A DNA stretch of 12,203 bases from Octopus sinensis (Eukaryota): the NCBI RefSeq assembly GCF_006345805.1, contig NW_021826659.1:1-12203 (forward strand), given 5' to 3'. Positions 7,577-12,203 of this stretch are shown piece after piece. How positions within the stretch are numbered: position 1 is the first letter of the stretch; the number at the start of each line of letters is the position of its first letter. The notes beneath the pieces are model-generated. The model was given only the letters and a program-made list of their open reading frames with translations, did no database searches and had not been told where the DNA came from. The translations under genes were made by a program, and so were the position numbers.

Positions 7577-7626
7577 GCATCTGATGAGATGGATGTGTTC
7601 TATACCCATGAAACTTAAAGTAATGC
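7577..7626 (+). ncRNA. Minimal type I hammerhead ribozyme candidate
   Basis: Stem I GCAT (7577-80)/ATGC (7623-26). Core CTGATGA (7581-87). Stem II ATGG (7589-92)/CCAT (7606-09), extended by TGTG/TATA. GAAA (7610-13). Stem III ACT (7613-15)/AGT (7619-21). Cleavage triplet GTA (7620-22). The one deviation is an unpaired G7588. Confidence 0.72.
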
Positions 7627-7678
7627 GGAGCTGAGTCAAAATGCTATTAAGTACACATACATATACAAACATACACAC

Positions 7679-7845
7679 AGGCGCAGGAGTGGCTGTGTGG
7701 TAAGTAGCTTGTTTACCAACCACATGGTTCCGGGTTCAGTCCCACTGTGTGGCACATTGGGAAAGTGTCTTCTACTATAGCCTCGGGCCGACCAAAGCCT
7801 TGTGAGTGGATTTGGTAGAGGGAAACTGAAAAGAAGCCCATCGTA

Positions 7846-7911
<66 letters not shown>

Positions 7912-8141
7912 GCATGTGTGTGCTTGTGTGTCTGTGTTTGTCTCGCTAGCATTGCTTGACAACTAATGCTGTGTGTTTATGTCCCCATTACTTAGTGGTT
8001 CGGCAAAAGAGGCCGATAGAATAAGTACTGGGCTTACAAAAGAATAAGTCCCGGGGTCGAGTTGCTCAATTAAAGGCAGTGCTCCAGCATGGCCGCAGTC
8101 AAATGACTGAAACAAGTAAAAGAGTAAAAGAGTAAAGAGTA
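7679..8141 (+). mobile_element. tRNA-derived SINE, family A, full length
   Basis: A-box TGGCTGTGTGG (7690-7700), B-box GGTTCAGTCCC (7733-7743), CORE-like segment, internal (TA)n at ~7845-7912, and (AAAGAGT)n tail ending at 8141. Confidence 0.95.
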
Positions 8142-8235
8142 TACATTCTATCTCTAAGTACAGTATTTTGATGGTGTGGTGCCTTCATCAGTGACATTAT
8201 TTTGTTTAAATTGGTTGGTTATAATGACAAGAGTT

Positions 8236-8697
8236 TTGGTCGATCTGATCAATGGAACAGCTTGTTTGTGAAATTAACATGCAAGTGGCTGAGCACTCCA
8301 CAGACATGAATACCCTTAATGTAGTTCTCAGGGAGATTCAGCGTGGACACAGAATATGACAAGGCTGGCCCTGTTTGAATTACAGGTACAACAATCAGGG
8401 TTCCAGTTGATCCGATCAAGGGAACAGCCTGCTCATGAAGTTAATGTGCAAGTGGCTGAGTACTCCACAGACACTCATACTCTTAAAATAGTCCTCAGGG
8501 AGACTCAGAATGATACAGAGTGTGACAGGGCTGGCCCCCCCTTTGTATTACAGGTACAATTAATTTTTGCCAGCCAAGTGGACTAGAATAACATGAAATA
8601 AAGTGTCTTGCTCAAGGACATAATGCACCACCAGGAATTGAACTCACTGCTTTATGATCATGAACTCAATACCCCTAACCACTAAGCCACATGCATT
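8236..8697 (-). mobile_element. tRNA-derived SINE, family D, with tandemly duplicated ~168-bp body
   Basis: The minus-strand head has TGGCTTAGTGG (A-box), GAGTTCAATTCC (B-box) and GTCCTTGAGCAAGACACTT. TTACAGGTACAA starts at 8380 and 8548; GATC(T/C)GATCAA starts at 8242 and 8409. Confidence 0.85.
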
Positions 8698-8714
8698 TCC
8701 TTTAGTTTAACTAC

Positions 8715-9028
8715 AGTATTACTGTTGTCATTATTATATTCATTAATATTATTATTATTATTATTATTAATTATTATTATTATTAATTATTATTTATTAT
8801 TATTATTATTATTATTAATTATTATTACTATTATTATTATTATATTATTTTTATTATTACTATTTATTATTATTATTAATATTTTTATTATTATTATTTA
8901 TTATTATTAGTATTATAATATTATTATTTATTATTATTATTATATTATTATTATTACTATTTATTATTATTATTATTAATTATTATTACTATTTATTATT
9001 ATTATTATTATAATTATTATTATTATTT

Positions 9029-9060
<32 letters not shown>

Positions 9061-9126
9061 ATTACTATTATTATATTATTATTATTATTATTAATTATTA
9101 TTATATTATTATTATTATTAATATTA

Positions 9127-9165
<39 letters not shown>

Positions 9166-9270
9166 TTATTATTATTATTATTTTTATTATTATTATTATT
9201 ATTATTAATTATTATTACTATTTATTATTATTATTATTATATTATTGTTATTATTATTTATTATTATTAA

Positions 9271-9302
<32 letters not shown>

Positions 9303-9316
9303 TATTATTATTATTA

Positions 9317-9357
<41 letters not shown>
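8715..9357. repeat. ~640-bp (ATT)n microsatellite
   Basis: Seen directly in the sequence. Confidence 0.98.
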
Positions 9358-9359
<2 letters not shown>

Positions 9360-9364
9360 TCATT

Positions 9365-9577
9365 AAGGTAGCGAGCTGGCAGAATCGTTAGCACACTGGA
9401 CAAATTCATCCGTCTTCATGTTCTGAGTTCAAATTCCACCGGGGTCGACTATGCCTTTTATCTTTCAGGGTCGATAAACTAAGTACCAGTTACGCATTGG
9501 GGTCGATGCAATCAACTCTTCCCCTCCCCCAAAATTTCAAGCCTTGTGCCTATAAGAGAAAGGATTATTGTTGTTGT
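9365..9577 (+). mobile_element. tRNA-derived SINE, family B, heading the satellite array
   Basis: Begins AAGGTAGCGAGCTGGCAGAATCGTTAGC. B-box GTTCAAATTCC at 9427-9437. The 3' end is AGAAAGGATTATTGTTGTT. The head is homologous to 5576-5796 (-). Confidence 0.9.
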
Positions 9578-9810
9578 TTAATCCTTTCGGGGGTCGATAA
9601 ATTCAGTACCAGTGAAAGTCTGGGGGTCGATGTCGCCTCCCCCAGATCTTCAGGCTTTGTGTCAAATTCCACCGGGGTCGACTATGCCTTTTATCCTTTC
9701 AGGATCGATAAACTAAGTACCAGTTACGCAATGGGGTCGATGTAATCAACTCTTCCCCTCCCCAAAATTTCAAGCCTTATTCCTATAAGAGAAAGGATTA
9801 TTGCTGTTGT
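9578..9810 (+). repeat. Transition zone: one deleted 124-bp-type unit plus a re-duplicated SINE body (period 233 bp)
   Basis: CAAATTCCACCGGGGTCGACTATGCC starts at 9430 and 9663. Confidence 0.88.
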
Positions 9811-11917
9811 TTGATCCTTTTGGGGGTCGATAAATTCAGTACCAGTGAAAGTCTGGGGGTCGATGTAATCAACTGGTCCCCTCCCCCAGATCTACAGGCT
9901 TTGTGTCTATAACAGAAAGGATTATTGTTGTTGTTTAATCCTTTCGGGGGTCGATAAATTCAGTACCAGTGAAAGTCTGGGGGTCGATGTAATCAACTGG
10001 TCCCCTCCCCCAGATCTTCAGGCTTTGTGTCTATAACAGAAAGGATTATTGCTGTTGTTTAATCCTTTCGGGGGTCAATAAATTCAGTACCAGTGAAAGT
10101 CTGGGGGTCGATGTAATTGACTGGTCCCCTCCCCCAGATCTTCAGGCTTTGTGTCTATAATAGAAAGGATTATTGTTGTTGTTTAATCCTTTTGGGGGTC
10201 AATAAATTCAGTACCAGTGAAAGTCTGGGGGTCGATGTAATCAACTGGTCCCCTCCCCCAGATCTTCAGGCTTTGTGTCTATAACAGAAAGGATTATTGT
10301 TGTTGTTTAATCCTTTCGGGGGTCAATAAATTCAGTACCAGTGAAAGTCTGGGGGTCGATGTAATCAACTGGTCCCCTCCCCCAGATCTTCAGGCTTTGT
10401 GTCTATAACAGAAAGGATTATTGTTGTTGTTTAATCCTTTCGGGGGTCGATAAATTCAGTACCAGTGAAAGTCTGGGGGTCGATGTAATCAACTGGTCCC
10501 CTCCCCCAAATCCTCAGGCTTTGTGTCTATAACAGAAAGGATTATTGTTGTTGTTTAATCCTTTCGGGGGTCAATAAATTCAGTACCAGTGAAAGTCTGG
10601 GGGTCGATGTAATCAACTGGTCCCCTCCCCCAGATCTGCAGGCTTTGTGTCTATAACAGAAAGGATTATTGTTGTTGTTTAATCCTTTTGAGGGTCGATA
10701 AATTCAGTACCAGTGAAAGTCTGGGGGTCGATGTAATCAACTGGTCCCCTCCCCCAGATCTCAGGCTTTGTGTCTATAAGAGAAGGAAAGGATTATTGTT
10801 GTTTAATCCTTCGGGGGTCAATAAATTCAGTACCAGTGAAAGTCTGGGGGTCGATGTAATCAACTGGCCCTCCCCCAGATCTTCAGGCTTTGTGTCTATA
10901 ACAGAATGGATTATTGTTGTTGTTTAATCCTTTCGGGGGTCAATAAATTCAGTACCAGTGAAAGTCTGGGGGTCGATGTAATCAACTGGTCCCCTCCCCC
11001 AGATCTTCAGGCTTTGTGTCTATTTACAGAAAGGATTATTGTTGTTGTTTAATCCTTTCGGGGGTCAATAAATTCAGTACCAGTGAAAGTCTGGGGGTCG
11101 ATGTAATCGACTGGTCCCCTCCCCCAGATCTTCAGGCTTTGTGTCTATAACAGAAAGGATTATTGTTGTTGTTTAATCCTTTCAGGGGTCAATAAATTCA
11201 GTACCAGTGAAAGTCTGGGGGTCGATGTAATCAACTGGTCCCCTCCCCCAGATCCTCAGGCTTTGTGTCTATAACAGAATGTATTATTGTTGTTGTTTAA
11301 TCCTTTCGGGGGTCGATAAATTCAGTACCAGTGAAAGTCTGGGGGCCGATGTAATCAACTGGTCCCCTCCCCCAGATCTTCAGGCTTTGTGTCTATAACA
11401 GAATGGATTATTGTTGTTGTTTAATCCTTTCGGGGGTCAATAAATTCAGTACCAGTGAAAGTCTGGGGGTCGATGTAATCAACTGGTCCCCTCCCCAAGA
11501 TCCTCAGGCTTTGTGTCTATAACAGAAAGGATTATTGTTGTTGTTTAATCCTTTCGGGGGTCAATAAATTCAGTACCAGTGAAAGTCTGGGGGTCGATGT
11601 AATCAACTGGTCCCCTCCCCCAGATCTTCAGGCTTTGTGTCTATAACAGAAAGGATTATTGTTGTTGTTTAATCCTTTCGGGGGTCAATAAATTCAGTAC
11701 CAGTGAAAGTCTGGGGGTCGATGTAATCGACTGGTCCCCTCCTCCAGATCTTCAGGCTTTGTGCCTATAACAGAAAGGATTATTGTTGTTGTTTAATCCT
11801 TTCGGGGGTCAATAGATTCAGTACCAGTGAAAGTCTGGGGGTCGATGTAATCGACTGGTCCCCTCCCCCAGATCTTCAGGCTTTGTGTCTATAACAGAAA
11901 GGATTATTGTTGTTGTT
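9811..11917 (+). repeat. Homogeneous 124-bp satellite array, 17 copies, derived from the 3' half of a family B SINE
   Basis: GTCTGGGG starts at 9851, 9975, 10099, 10223, 10347, 10471, 10595, 10719, 10842, 10964, 11089, 11213, 11337, 11461, 11585, 11709 and 11833. The unit aligns to 9460-9577. Confidence 0.98.
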
Positions 11918-12203
11918 TGTGTTGTAGTTCTTAGTGTAGTTACAGCAAACTGTTGATGTTGCTGTTCTATATATTGTTGTTGTTATTACTCTCGTTGTGG
12001 TTTTTGGCTGTTGTTGGTCTTCTGGTTCTTCTTTCTATCCTTCTTCTTCTTCCAATTATTTTCCTTCTTCTTCTTCTTCTTCCTTTTCTTCGTCTTCTCT
12101 TATTCTCTTCTTTTTCCAATTCTTCTTCTTATTCTTCTTTTTTGTCTTCTTCTTCTACTTCTTCTTCTTCTCCTTCTTCCTCCAATTCTTCTTCTTCTTC
12201 TAA
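11918..12203. repeat. (GTT)n grading into (TTC)n low-complexity tract
   Basis: Seen directly in the sequence. Confidence 0.93.

Noticed and set aside
7395-7600. Scattered RTE-like peptides (WHKL, GLLYTFC, LMRWMC)
   Set aside because: They are short matches in different frames with stops. LMRWMC overlaps the hammerhead core, which explains it better. An old RTE origin is not fully excluded without BLASTX.
8150-8195. Minus-strand CTGATGAAGGC resembling a Penelope-type hammerhead start
   Set aside because: GAAA is absent (CAAAA instead), and stems II and III do not pair.
9811-11917. Hammerhead-like words on the minus strand of the 124-bp unit (CTGAAGA and CCCCCGAAAGGATTA...TAATCCTT)
   Set aside because: Helix I cannot form next to the core, and helix II is displaced by three bases with a competing perfect partner. 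The topology fails.
9811-11917. CRISPR-like regular array
   Set aside because: There are no unique spacers; whole units repeat. The context is eukaryotic and has no cas genes.
8725-12203. Hydrophobic ORFs at 8725-8910 and 11997-12203, and array ORFs at 9497 and 10688
   Set aside because: They are translations of (ATT)n, (TTC)n and satellite units.

Overview
Eukaryotic, repeat-saturated DNA. The repeat families look like those of octopod cephalopods, probably Octopus; this is inferred from recognition, not from a search. There is no intact gene, and most ORFs in the track are microsatellite or SINE artefacts. The window holds five SINE-like families, RTE-type and CR1-type LINE fragments, a mariner 3' end, long microsatellites and two satellite arrays built from retroposon 3' ends (~127 bp x ~5.6; 124 bp x 17). 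Four things stand out. (1) A near-canonical minimal type I hammerhead ribozyme at 7577-7626 with a palindromic helix III, as in Penelope-like elements and retrozymes. (2) A 279-bp solo-LTR-like insert (TGTGG...CCACA, 5-bp TSD) at 1615-1893. (3) A damaged glycerophosphodiester phosphodiesterase (GDPD)-like exon (LIAHRG...PE) at 4998-5114. (4) Every SINE-like family here shows local tandem amplification in at least one copy.
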